IMG/VR virus record: IMGVR_UViG_3300009093_000034
Location: 186,001-250,000 of that record
Strand: one strand, 5' to 3'
DNA length: 64,000 bases
Part shown: positions 10,386 to 19,691 of the stretch, in pieces
Numbering within the stretch: position 1 is the first letter of the stretch
Layout: the number at the start of each line of letters is the position of its first letter
Notes under the pieces: generated by a model
Seen by the model: only the letters and a program-made list of their open reading frames with translations
What the model was told of the DNA's origin: nothing
Database searches by the model: none
Position numbers and translations under genes: made by a program

Positions 10386-10976
10386 ATGATGGGGTCTATC
10401 CATCTCATCTTAGGGCCGATGGCATCAGGCAAGAGCTCTGAGTTGCTTCGGCTATTAACTCGAGCATCCATCGCCAAGAAGAAACCAGTCATCTTGTTTA
10501 GAAGTCAAATGGACACAAGAGACTTCTTGACTAGAAACAAGACTGTGCTAGATCCTAGCATCCTTCAACTACAAGTTAAGGATAGTTTATTGGGCTATGT
10601 CTCAGAAAATTCTGAGTACTTGGTTAACAAGACCATAGGGATCGATGAAGGTCAGTTCTTCAAAGACCTAGCTATGGGTTGTCAGATCCTTACTAGTTTT
10701 GGTTCTGATGTTGTAGTCTCAGGACTAAACGGAACCTCAGAAAGAGGTGCTTTTTCAGAGATCTCTGAGTTGATCCCTTACGTTGAGACCATCACAAAAC
10801 TCAATGCGATCTGTTCTTGTTGTGGCTCTGAATATGGAGCCTTTACTCATTATAAAGGCGACAAGACCAAAGATACGGAGATTAAGGTTGGTGGAGATGA
10901 TCTCTACGAAGCCTTGTGCAGAGATTGTTATCACGAATCACTCATATCGGAGTCACTTCATGGAAAACAAGCCTAA
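10386..10976 (+). CDS. tdk: Thymidine kinase (type II, TK1-like)
   Basis: GPMASGKS P-loop, IDEGQF, CSCC...CRDC zinc site, VGGDDLYEALCR. Confidence 0.95.
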   Translation: MMGSIHLILGPMASGKSSELLRLLTRASIAKKKPVILFRSQMDTRDFLTRNKTVLDPSILQLQVKDSLLGYVSENSEYLVNKTIGIDEGQFFKDLAMGCQILTSFGSDVVVSGLNGTSERGAFSEISELIPYVETITKLNAICSCCGSEYGAFTHYKGDKTKDTEIKVGGDDLYEALCRDCYHESLISESLHGKQA

Positions 10977-11166
10977 GATCGTTCTAGAGTTTGACTCTAT
11001 CGAAGTGTTCAAAGAACACACAGACAAGATCGATCTTTTAGATTCTTTTCTTCTTGGTCTTAAAGAGCTGAGCAGGTACGATCCTGCTACACAAATCGCC
11101 ATCAAAAGAGTTCTCGCCATCTTTAAGAAACATGGCGTTCCTATGGAGTTAGCTAATGAGAATTAG
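10960..11166 (+). CDS. Hypothetical protein (start re-assigned to ATG 10960)
   Basis: GGAG SD before MENKPK; overlaps the tdk stop. Confidence 0.5.
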   Translation: MENKPKIVLEFDSIEVFKEHTDKIDLLDSFLLGLKELSRYDPATQIAIKRVLAIFKKHGVPMELANEN

Positions 11167-11746
11167 AAAGTCTTTCGTTCATTTGGGACGAAAAGTAACA
11201 CTCACGTTGAATGATGCTGGTCAGAATCTGGATCAAGAGATCGGTCTTCTACATCTTAAGATTCAACTTTATCCCACAATGGAAGATACCATCAAGTACA
11301 TGTTTGCTACGATCTCAACAGAGTTAGAAAGATCCGAAGCTAGTCTTGCATCAGTAGAGATGTTCTACACTGTCAATGGTATTGAAACGTCTCTCTTGTA
11401 TACTAGAGAAGACTATCTAGACGATACAGGTGGATGGGTAAGTTTCACTTCCCCTGGAAACGGAATCTTTGATTCGAAGAGATTCAAAGAGGCCTGGTCA
11501 AGAGAGATGGGAGAGTATTGGAAGACGATGAACTCGATCGCTACCATGAGCCCAGAATTTTTTATCAATCAATCTAAAGAAGATCCTCCTTCCATTTCTG
11601 AGTACACTCAGAAACTTGTTGAAGAAGGACTTATCACCCAAGAACAAGCCGATCGAACAGTTCGATATTGGGAGATCGCACAGTCCTATCCACAATGTGC
11701 TTGTGGTCAAGATTGTGAATGTTCCACAAAGAAGGAAGGAGAATAA
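11156..11746 (+). CDS. Hypothetical protein
   Basis: 196 aa, coupled ORF with Cys-rich C-terminus. Confidence 0.6.
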   Translation: MRIRKSFVHLGRKVTLTLNDAGQNLDQEIGLLHLKIQLYPTMEDTIKYMFATISTELERSEASLASVEMFYTVNGIETSLLYTREDYLDDTGGWVSFTSPGNGIFDSKRFKEAWSREMGEYWKTMNSIATMSPEFFINQSKEDPPSISEYTQKLVEEGLITQEQADRTVRYWEIAQSYPQCACGQDCECSTKKEGE

Positions 11747-11747
11747 A

Positions 11748-11924
11748 ATGGACGAAGGACTTAAAGTAGGAGACATTGTCTACCTACGATCAGGAAGTGT
11801 TGCTCTCACAGTAGCTGAAGACCAAGACAACGATGACGAAGTCAAGGTTTATTGGTTCAATGGAGAGTTCAACGAAGAGTATCTTGCAGCTGGAACTTTG
11901 ACAAAAACAAAGCCTAACCAGTAA
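11748..11924 (+). CDS. DUF2158/YodC-like small protein
   Basis: LKVGDIVYLRSGS..LTV...VKVYWF pattern; AGGAG SD. Confidence 0.7.
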   Translation: MDEGLKVGDIVYLRSGSVALTVAEDQDNDDEVKVYWFNGEFNEEYLAAGTLTKTKPNQ

Positions 11925-11933
11925 GGAAACAGA

Positions 11934-12608
11934 ATGGACCAAAATTACACAGAGATTCTTGCCATTGTTGACAAGTCTGGCTCAATGGAGCATCTCACAA
12001 AAGATACCGTTGGAGGTATCAACTCTTTTATCTCAGATCAGAAGGCTCTGCCTGGAAAGGCTAACCTTTCTGTTCTTCTCTTTGACAACACCCCTCACTA
12101 TTGGCAGTCAGCTGCTGACGTGACCAAGGTCAAGGAGTTCACTGAAAAGGATTACAAAGAAGGTGGCATGGGCGGAACAGCTCTTTATGACGCCATCGGC
12201 TTTGGGTTCGAAGAACTCGGTTCTCGCCTGAAGGGAATGAAGGAAGAAGATCGACCTGGAAAGGTCATCATTGCCATTCTTACTGATGGTGGTGAGAACG
12301 CTAGTACTAAGTTCTCTCTTGAGAAGATTCAAGAGATGATCAAAACTCAGACTGAAGTTTATAGTTGGGGTATTCTTTACTTGGCCGCAGGTCCTGAAGC
12401 ATTTGAGGCCGGCCAGAACATCGGACTTCACTTGAACAACTTGGTCTCCTTTGCTAACAACGCAGGAAACACAAAGTCTGCTTACTCTACTATCAGTAGG
12501 TCAGTCAAGACCTTGAGAGCTAGTAAGAAGTCTGGAGCTGAGTACGCCAATGAACTCAATCTTACCGCAGCTTATACCGCTGAAGGCGGAGAGGCAGATA
12601 ACGTCTAA
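11934..12608 (+). CDS. vWA domain protein
   Basis: MIDAS motif DKSGSM, GTALYDAIG, ILTDGGENAS. Confidence 0.9.
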   Translation: MDQNYTEILAIVDKSGSMEHLTKDTVGGINSFISDQKALPGKANLSVLLFDNTPHYWQSAADVTKVKEFTEKDYKEGGMGGTALYDAIGFGFEELGSRLKGMKEEDRPGKVIIAILTDGGENASTKFSLEKIQEMIKTQTEVYSWGILYLAAGPEAFEAGQNIGLHLNNLVSFANNAGNTKSAYSTISRSVKTLRASKKSGAEYANELNLTAAYTAEGGEADNV

Positions 12609-12808
12609 TGGCATCGTCAGTAGAGTTTACAAACCTTAAAAACCTCGTTGAAAAAAACATCTCTGAACAAGAACTCAGACGAATGGCAGAACTAGCTATT
12701 CGTTCTGGAGCTTTGTACGATTATGCTCCCACCAAAGACAAGGTCTTCTTGAAAGAGACCAAGGTCAGTGAGTGGGTTGCTGTTCAATGGGCACCATCTC
12801 CAGCATGA
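12608..12808 (+). CDS. Hypothetical protein
   Basis: TAATG coupling with the vWA gene. Confidence 0.55.
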   Translation: MASSVEFTNLKNLVEKNISEQELRRMAELAIRSGALYDYAPTKDKVFLKETKVSEWVAVQWAPSPA

Positions 12809-13116
12809 TAAGACTCTACGATAGAAATAACCCACCAGAAGTGGACAGAGTGGCTGTTCTTTACTTAACTGCAGCCAACGATGGATCACGAGCTACTTAT
12901 TCAAAGATCTTGGAAAAGCTCTCTGATGAGTTCACTCAGATCCCTGTCTACATGGTGGAATTAGAAGATCATCCAGATCTCGTCATGACCTTTAGGGTTG
13001 TTGGAGTTCCTGAGCTGGTTGCTTTCCCCATCAAGAATGGAGAACCAACCGATAGAATGATCGGAGCTAAACGTAAAGGTGAAACCTTAGCATTTTTTGA
13101 AGGACTACTAGTATGA
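12805..13116 (+). CDS. Thioredoxin-fold protein lacking CxxC
   Basis: VELEDHPDLVMTFRVVGVPELVAF..GE..DRMIGA thioredoxin C-terminal pattern; ATGA overlap; no active-site cysteines. Confidence 0.65.
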   Translation: MIRLYDRNNPPEVDRVAVLYLTAANDGSRATYSKILEKLSDEFTQIPVYMVELEDHPDLVMTFRVVGVPELVAFPIKNGEPTDRMIGAKRKGETLAFFEGLLV

Positions 13117-13712
13117 GTGACGCACCAGTAAGAAAAGTAAGAACCATCAACAATTCAGAAGATCAACGAGTCACTCAATTCGAACCTGAACCTTCTTTAG
13201 AAAAAGAGATTGATGCAGAAGCTAAATTGATGAAGTTCATCGGCGATGAGATCGACAAGATGAAGCAATACACCAATCTTTCTGGTTCATCAAAGGAACC
13301 TACTTTTTATGATGTTGACAGAGCTCTTACTGCTTACCAAGACGTTCAGTTAGGTCTTCTTGCTTCACACAACTTAGCTAAGATGAACGCAACTAAAGCA
13401 AAGGAAGCCTTTGAAGACTGGTACGCCGGAGCTTATCTCGATGTTAGAGAGAAGATGAATCCAAGAGCTTTGTCTGCTCAGAAGTGGTACTCTCAAAAAG
13501 AGATTGAGATGCAGGTCCGTAGAGATTACGGAAATGAGTATCGAGAAAGAAATGAAGCTCTCATGCTGGCAGAGCATGAACTTAACTTCTTTAGACGTCT
13601 TCTAGATTCCTGGGAAAGATATGCTTTCGTTCTCAACAACTTGAGCAAGAACTTGATCGCTGAGGTTCGTGGTCTGGGTGTGTCATCTGACATGCTGACA
13701 GATAAAACTTAA
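13113..13712 (+). CDS. UvsY-like recombination mediator (tentative)
   Basis: Helical; WY.G...KEIEMQV...FFRRLLDSWERYAFVLNNL resembles the T4 UvsY C-terminus. Confidence 0.45.
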   Translation: MSDAPVRKVRTINNSEDQRVTQFEPEPSLEKEIDAEAKLMKFIGDEIDKMKQYTNLSGSSKEPTFYDVDRALTAYQDVQLGLLASHNLAKMNATKAKEAFEDWYAGAYLDVREKMNPRALSAQKWYSQKEIEMQVRRDYGNEYRERNEALMLAEHELNFFRRLLDSWERYAFVLNNLSKNLIAEVRGLGVSSDMLTDKT

Positions 13713-13733
13713 CTTCCCACTAATTACCTCAGT

Positions 13734-14141
13734 ATGACTGAGATTAGAGTTGCCTGCCAAACCCTTAGACAACTGGTCCCAGCCCTCTTTAGAAGAGAGT
13801 CAGACTTCAAGAAACACGTTTTCTTGATCTCCCCAGCAGCTACTCTTAAATCGCTTAAGAGTACGTTTGGGGTGACTCTGATCGGGTCCATGTCTATCAA
13901 TTTACCATCCAAAAAACGTCCGACAACAGGTCCACAGAAAGTTGACATCAAGGTAGATGTTAAAGGTCTCGAGTGGAATAGTATGGTTGACATCAATCTT
14001 CAAAACCTGATCAAGGGAGAGAAGAAGGAGCTGATTCAGGCTCTGTTCTTAGTTTGCTTGATGGAGTTGGGGATCTTCAATAACTCTGACAAAAGAAAGA
14101 GTTTTCAGTTCTTAGTCAACTGGCCCGAGGAGAAGGCCTAA
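13734..14141 (+). CDS. Hypothetical basic protein
   Basis: 135 aa; ACTAATT immediately upstream. Confidence 0.55.
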   Translation: MTEIRVACQTLRQLVPALFRRESDFKKHVFLISPAATLKSLKSTFGVTLIGSMSINLPSKKRPTTGPQKVDIKVDVKGLEWNSMVDINLQNLIKGEKKELIQALFLVCLMELGIFNNSDKRKSFQFLVNWPEEKA

Positions 14142-14166
14142 CATCTTAATGAAAGGAGTAAACACA

Positions 14167-14361
14167 ATGACATCAGCGATGACCATTCAAGAAGCATCCA
14201 GAGTTGCTCACGATCTTTTTAGCTTTAGAGAAAGCTCTTCAGATCGATCATCCTCAGGGTATCAAACAATCACCTTGAAAGAAGCCGCCGTCCTTAATGG
14301 AGATACTCATCTCCCAAAGAACACCAAGCTTTATGTAGAATTAGCGCCTGCTGGAGTATAA
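14167..14361 (+). CDS. Small hypothetical protein
   Basis: AAAGGAG SD before ATG 14167. Confidence 0.5.
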   Translation: MTSAMTIQEASRVAHDLFSFRESSSDRSSSGYQTITLKEAAVLNGDTHLPKNTKLYVELAPAGV

Positions 14362-14390
14362 CGTCTCCAATTAGCAGGCGATTTTTATTT
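14345..14390 (+). terminator. Probable terminator hairpin between convergent units
   Basis: CGCCTGCT...AGCAGGCG stem with inner GGAG/CTCC pairing, then T-rich tail. Confidence 0.5.
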
Positions 14391-15868
14391 CAGGCCGTAC
14401 TTTCTATGAACGGCCAAGAGTCTATCGCGCCACTTAACGTGTCATCAATATGACAGGCGCGGTGAGTATTGCAAATGTAGTACGTTTCACCCTTAACTAT
14501 TGACTTCCAAACAGCGAGCTCAGGATGGCGCTTTCCATCTAGACCATAAAAGTTCCAGATAGCGCCAGCAGCTCTTACCTTTTTAGCTTCCTCTTTATCT
14601 AAAGGAGTCTTGTGTTTCTCAAGAGTCTCCCAACGAGGATGCTTTCTTTTTGTCTTCTCTTCAAGATTATAGATCACATCATTGTCTGGAAAAGTGATCC
14701 AAAAAGCTGTGTATTTAGGAATACCAAAAGCTTCTTTTGTTTCAGAACCTGGAATTTTGTCTCCAATCATCTTCATGAATCTTCGATACAAAGATAGCTT
14801 TCCCTTCTCTTGAGTTTTACAGCTAAAAGTAATTCCATGGACAGTAGCATCAATCTCCGCTAGTTCTTTGATGAAGATAAAAAGTTCTTGTTTGATGACT
14901 GTAAACAACTTTCCAACGATAGAAAAATCCGATCTTTTGATCATGTCGTACATATCAGATCTAGCGTCCATCTTGCTATCATAAAACTCTACTGAGATTA
15001 TGTGAGAGACTGGGTTCAAGTAAAGTTCAATTATTATCTCTACATCACCATGAATGAACTCTACTTTCTTAGTTCTAGGATATTCATCCTCGTCAATGAT
15101 CGTCAACTCAACATCATCTAGAGTAGCATCAAGCATCTCAACAAGTCTAGCAGACTCATCAAACAACTCTTTCACAGTCTTGTTGTAAGCCTTAACTTCT
15201 TTACTATGGCTTCGGCTAGGTGAACCATCAAACAAGCCAACGATCCTAGGTTCTCCGTCTACCACAGCAAATGAGAAGGTGACAGGATCTTGCCAGTCTC
15301 CACCTGCTCTAAACTGAAGGTAGTCATCACCAACATAGACCATGTCGCAGTTCTCAAGATCTAGTTCTTTTGGGAAACCAGGGAGATCTTTGAGGTGATA
15401 GTGTCCATCTTGATGGTAGATCTTATTGAAGATCTTCATGAACTCTGGATCATCTGTCTTGAGCTTGGTGCTTTCATGAAGTTTTTTGGAGTTAGCGTAA
15501 GCATTATCCATTGGATCATCAGAAGACTTAAGACCAAGTCCATTCAGTCCAACCATGTTCTCAGGAGCAAAGCCTGAGAAGTTTCCAGACATTCCTACTC
15601 CAACACTCGCGTCCTCGGCCAATTGGTCGGGCAATAAGAACCCATGTTCTCTGAAGATCGGGATCAAGAGGTCATAGTCTCTCAACTCAGTTCCGCACTC
15701 TTTGTGACAGAACTCACAGTCAACGTAGATGTCGTTAGAGTCTAGATCTGTGACATGACCGCCATGATAGTTTCCAGGTGTGATGGTCTCCCAGTAGTAA
15801 AGACCTTCTTTTGCACCAAGGTCAGGTCGACGAGCATAGAGTTTGGCGATCTTGTTTGAGATTGACAT
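14390..15868 (-). CDS. Modular acidic protein, putative head internal polyprotein; one copy of a ~140-aa repeated domain
   Basis: EMLDATLDDV...VGKLFT...LYRRFMKM domain shared with neighbour; L-x-E sites between modules. Confidence 0.55.
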   Translation of the reverse strand: MSISNKIAKLYARRPDLGAKEGLYYWETITPGNYHGGHVTDLDSNDIYVDCEFCHKECGTELRDYDLLIPIFREHGFLLPDQLAEDASVGVGMSGNFSGFAPENMVGLNGLGLKSSDDPMDNAYANSKKLHESTKLKTDDPEFMKIFNKIYHQDGHYHLKDLPGFPKELDLENCDMVYVGDDYLQFRAGGDWQDPVTFSFAVVDGEPRIVGLFDGSPSRSHSKEVKAYNKTVKELFDESARLVEMLDATLDDVELTIIDEDEYPRTKKVEFIHGDVEIIIELYLNPVSHIISVEFYDSKMDARSDMYDMIKRSDFSIVGKLFTVIKQELFIFIKELAEIDATVHGITFSCKTQEKGKLSLYRRFMKMIGDKIPGSETKEAFGIPKYTAFWITFPDNDVIYNLEEKTKRKHPRWETLEKHKTPLDKEEAKKVRAAGAIWNFYGLDGKRHPELAVWKSIVKGETYYICNTHRACHIDDTLSGAIDSWPFIESTA

Positions 15869-17217
15869 TATGGTAGGTCCTCGTGAACAATGAACTTTGA
15901 TTTTGGATGATGATCAGCATACCACTCAGTTTGACCATCGCCTTCTGAGTACTCGTCTATCCCACAATCATAAATAGTATCCACGATGTCAGAGAGCTCA
16001 TTTAGGATAGAAACAGCTTCTTGAATTGGATGCTTAGAGTTTTTGCTAAAGGTGTAACCAGTAGTTTTGTTGAGATCAAAGCCTGCAGCAAATGCCATTC
16101 CAGCTTCTCCTTTATCAATGTCATCAAACGAAGTGTGAGCATTTTGATTTCTAGTAGGTCCACCATTTTTCCAGTAGTTTGGAGAGATAGATTCTTGAGT
16201 TCTAGGTGGAATAAGAGTAATATCAAACAGTATCTCTTCATTGGCAGCTGGACTTTCATGCCAGTACCACCCTAGTTTATCTGCAATCATCTTTGCAAAT
16301 CGACGATAAAGAACAGTTCTACTTGGTTCTCCAACTTTGGATGTGAAATAAATGTTATCTACTTCAGGTTTTTCTTTCAAAATTTGTTCAAGTTTTTTGG
16401 AAATGAATGTAAAAAGTTTGAACATGATGCCTGGATTGTCTCTAGGATGAAGATCGTAACCAGAAGTAACTGAGTCTCTAAAGTTAATTGATATGGTATC
16501 TGGAAATCCAGAGTCAAAGTTAACAGTTAGATAAGCTCCACCATACTGAAACTTGTAAAAGTGTCTTTCAGGATAAGGCTTGATGATAGTGACATCGTCA
16601 AGAGATGAATCTAGAGTTTCTTTTAGAGTAGATTTTTTCATCTTTTCTTTTTTAGAAGAAAAATCAATGTAAAAAGCAATGTTATCTGATCTAGTTGTTT
16701 CTGTCACATTACCTTCAAATTTTTTAGCTAACATCTTAGAAAATGTTCTATAGAGTTTTACTCTAGAAGATTCAGAAGACTTACTCAAAAACTTGATCTC
16801 ATTAATTCTTTGTCCTTCTTCACTATCCATGATAGACATCAGTTCTTTGTTGATAAACGTAAATAATTTTCCAACTAAAACAGGATCATTTCTTGGAATT
16901 AACTCGTAGCCTTCGTATTCTCCAGGAGGATTAAAATCTGAAAAAGTAATTGAGATCAAATGAGTATCATTGTAACTTTCTATAGCAAAATTTATCTCTA
17001 AGGTTATATCTTTGTAATCAAAAAAATATTTTTTGATGACCCATGAGTCTGTAGGACGAAGATCTGGCATTTTCTCAATTTTAACATCGTCTAAAGATGC
17101 ATCGAGCATCTCAACAATTCTATCCATATTCTCAAAGAGTTGATCAATGCTTTCTTTTTTGGTCTTTGGTTTCTTTCCAAAGGTTCTTTTTTCTTGGAGT
17201 TGATTAGAAGACGGCAT
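15868..17217 (-). CDS. Modular protein with two copies of the same ~140-aa domain, putative head internal polyprotein
   Basis: EMLDASLDDV...KLFTFI...SR..LYR.F.KM.A.K occurs twice; AT-rich DNA. Confidence 0.55.
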   Translation of the reverse strand: MPSSNQLQEKRTFGKKPKTKKESIDQLFENMDRIVEMLDASLDDVKIEKMPDLRPTDSWVIKKYFFDYKDITLEINFAIESYNDTHLISITFSDFNPPGEYEGYELIPRNDPVLVGKLFTFINKELMSIMDSEEGQRINEIKFLSKSSESSRVKLYRTFSKMLAKKFEGNVTETTRSDNIAFYIDFSSKKEKMKKSTLKETLDSSLDDVTIIKPYPERHFYKFQYGGAYLTVNFDSGFPDTISINFRDSVTSGYDLHPRDNPGIMFKLFTFISKKLEQILKEKPEVDNIYFTSKVGEPSRTVLYRRFAKMIADKLGWYWHESPAANEEILFDITLIPPRTQESISPNYWKNGGPTRNQNAHTSFDDIDKGEAGMAFAAGFDLNKTTGYTFSKNSKHPIQEAVSILNELSDIVDTIYDCGIDEYSEGDGQTEWYADHHPKSKFIVHEDLP

Positions 17218-18094
17218 TTGGTAACATCCATGGCTTAATTCCCCCAGAGTAGTGGAGAAGTTTTACATTTTTATACTCTATGAGATCATCACTTGAAAGA
17301 ACGTCTTGAAGATAAGCATCTGCACTAACAGCAGGAATATAGGAACCTAATTGCATAGCTCCGTTGAACTCTTGCTCAACAACGAGATAGTACTCAGTGT
17401 GAAAGTTGTATCGAAGAGGGAGGACCGCATAAGGAAACATCTCGCCTAGTTTTTGGATGAACCAACCATCAAACAACCAATCTGGCATTGTTTGAATGTA
17501 AGGAGTTGGGGAGTTTCCTCTTAAGACTGGATCTTTGTCAGAATTTTGGTACAAAGCCTGAATCTCTGTAGCATGATTTCTCCAGTAGGTAAGGTTGAGA
17601 AGAAGGACACCTGAGTGAATGTTCTCCATGTCTCCAATGATGAGTTTTCCGTTGATCTCACCCTCAGGAGTTGGACTATAATCATGAGAAGCACCAAAGA
17701 TCTTGTTGGTAAGATCTGTGGTCCAAAGACCAGTCAAATCTCCTTTACAGAGAACATCAGTATCAAGGTAGATGACTTTTGAGATCTCGTCAGGAAGAGA
17801 ACAGTAAAGCCAAAGTCGGTAATAGCTTGGTTCCGACCAGCTTCTGCTGTGAATGAAGTCAGGAGTGTAACCGCCAAAGTTCAAGGGAAAGTAATTCAAG
17901 ATCCAACCAGCGTTGTTGGCGATCATGACTAGATCCGACCAATCTTCATCTTGAGTCACGTCGTCTCTAGACACGAAACAAACAGAGTGTTTTCCAGGGT
18001 TGTTCTTGATCAAGCTCTTTAAGGAAGCTTTAGAGTACCTGAGGTAAGATGAGTCAACTGTGTAACAAAAAACCATGGTTAGATCTCCCTCCAT
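17204..18094 (-). CDS. Glycosyltransferase family 8 (GT-A fold)
   Basis: YYRL...KVIYLDTDVL..GDL..LW, HSGVLLLNL..WR, YN, LLHYSG.IKPW motifs. Confidence 0.9.
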   Translation of the reverse strand: MEGDLTMVFCYTVDSSYLRYSKASLKSLIKNNPGKHSVCFVSRDDVTQDEDWSDLVMIANNAGWILNYFPLNFGGYTPDFIHSRSWSEPSYYRLWLYCSLPDEISKVIYLDTDVLCKGDLTGLWTTDLTNKIFGASHDYSPTPEGEINGKLIIGDMENIHSGVLLLNLTYWRNHATEIQALYQNSDKDPVLRGNSPTPYIQTMPDWLFDGWFIQKLGEMFPYAVLPLRYNFHTEYYLVVEQEFNGAMQLGSYIPAVSADAYLQDVLSSDDLIEYKNVKLLHYSGGIKPWMLPNAVF

Positions 18095-18576
18095 CCTGGA
18101 ATCACTGAACGTTCTTCAACAAGAAGAACCCTTAAAAATCTTTGACTACTTGGGCTAAAGAAGACCTTTGTTCCACCCAGCTTCAAGATCTTTAGAGCTT
18201 CTTTGGTGTTAAAGGAATCTTCTCCAAAGACCTCATTTCTGATTGATAGCCACTCTTGAATCCTAGCGTCATTAGCTTCAGAGCTTCTAAATAGTCTGAA
18301 TGTTGGAGTAGAAGGAAACATAACTTTTCTGTAATGTAAGAATAAAGCGTAGTGATAAAGTTTTTGAGAAGGAGTTTTGCTCTGAGGTTTCCACAGAGGA
18401 AGAGTCTTTAACTCCCAAGGAAACACCTTGTCATAAGGTGGGGAGTTATGTTCTAGATCGTAGAACAAAGTTTCGTTCTTCCAGTTGTAAAAACCTCTTA
18501 GGTCTGTAGGATCACTTGGGTTAGCGAGATAGTCTGTCCAATCCAAGTTGTTGAAATTAAGATCTGCTACACTCAT
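18079..18576 (-). CDS. Hypothetical protein
   Basis: 165 aa in minus-strand operon. Confidence 0.6.
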   Translation of the reverse strand: MSVADLNFNNLDWTDYLANPSDPTDLRGFYNWKNETLFYDLEHNSPPYDKVFPWELKTLPLWKPQSKTPSQKLYHYALFLHYRKVMFPSTPTFRLFRSSEANDARIQEWLSIRNEVFGEDSFNTKEALKILKLGGTKVFFSPSSQRFLRVLLVEERSVIPGWREI

Positions 18577-18577
18577 C

Positions 18578-19108
18578 TTACCACCCTAACATCCCGCGTC
18601 TTCTAGCCATAGCATCAATCATCTCGATGATCGAAGATGGAAGTTCTTGATTGTAATAAACCACGTTGAATTTTCCAAAGATCACAGATTGTGAACCAAA
18701 AGTAGCAAGAGACTCAACAACCTGATAGCACATAACCAAAGGTGTCTCCACATCTGGTTCTAGAACAACTCTAAAGAGTAAGTCGTCTAGATAGACCTCA
18801 GAAAAGTAAGCTGTGTATACTTCAATAGGAAAGAGTTCGTTTGCGGCTGGAAGTGTTTCCAGTTGCCAAGTCTTGTTCTCTCCTTGAATCATTCTTCTTA
18901 GAGGAACGTCTTTAAGAGGTGGGAAGACAAAGGGGAGAACCTTAGCATCATCAATGATTCTAGTTTGAATATCTCCCTGCTTATTGTTGGTCGTTCTGAC
19001 CCTGATGTAGTCAGTGGCAGCGCCAATCAATGAGATGGAGTTATCAAAGAGTTTTCTACGAATTCTATCATGGAAGTGTCCCATTCGACTTTGGACGGTT
19101 CTGGTCAT
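18578..19108 (-). CDS. Hypothetical protein, possibly head-tail connector/neck protein
   Basis: First gene of minus-strand unit; ACTAATT motif 4 nt upstream of ATG 19108. Confidence 0.45.
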   Translation of the reverse strand: MTRTVQSRMGHFHDRIRRKLFDNSISLIGAATDYIRVRTTNNKQGDIQTRIIDDAKVLPFVFPPLKDVPLRRMIQGENKTWQLETLPAANELFPIEVYTAYFSEVYLDDLLFRVVLEPDVETPLVMCYQVVESLATFGSQSVIFGKFNVVYYNQELPSSIIEMIDAMARRRGMLGW

Positions 19109-19138
19109 TAACAATTAGTCAAAAACAAGGAGAAACAA

Positions 19139-19678
19139 TTGGCGTTTAGTGAAGAAAGATATGATATAGGTATGCAAGCCTTACAAAAATTTGTAATGCC
19201 TCAAATAGAGATGTTTGGGTACGAGATACACGGTTCGTTAAGGAAGTCTGTTCAAGATTTACACTACATAACAGACGGGGTCATTACTGACGACACAGGC
19301 CAAACTAAGATCCTGTTTGAACACAAGCATGGAAAAAATGATGAGACTACAACTTTAGTAGTTAGGTACAAACAAAAAAAGTGGCCAACTTCAGACTTTG
19401 ACAAGATCATCTCAAATCATCCTAAGATTTTAGCTAGGTTACCTAGACTTTGGTTTGTTAGAACTTATGGTTCTGTTGACCATGGATCTGGAAACATAAC
19501 TTGGGTCTCTGGTAAAGACGTTTTTGATTGGTGTAACAAGAATAAAGAGCGCGTTATGAAATCTTTTAAGGAAAAAGATGAAACATTGTTCACCTTAAAG
19601 ATCGAAGATTGGTTCTTATTGATCCCTCTCTCAGAACTTAAGGTCGAGAAGATTCCTCCTTGTCTAACTAATTCTTAA
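19139..19678 (+). CDS. PD-(D/E)xK-like endonuclease (tentative)
   Basis: TDGVITDD...ILFEHKH resembles the D...ExK catalytic pattern; divergent stand-alone gene. Confidence 0.4.
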   Translation: MAFSEERYDIGMQALQKFVMPQIEMFGYEIHGSLRKSVQDLHYITDGVITDDTGQTKILFEHKHGKNDETTTLVVRYKQKKWPTSDFDKIISNHPKILARLPRLWFVRTYGSVDHGSGNITWVSGKDVFDWCNKNKERVMKSFKEKDETLFTLKIEDWFLLIPLSELKVEKIPPCLTNS

Positions 19679-19691
19679 TCAGGAGAAGAAG

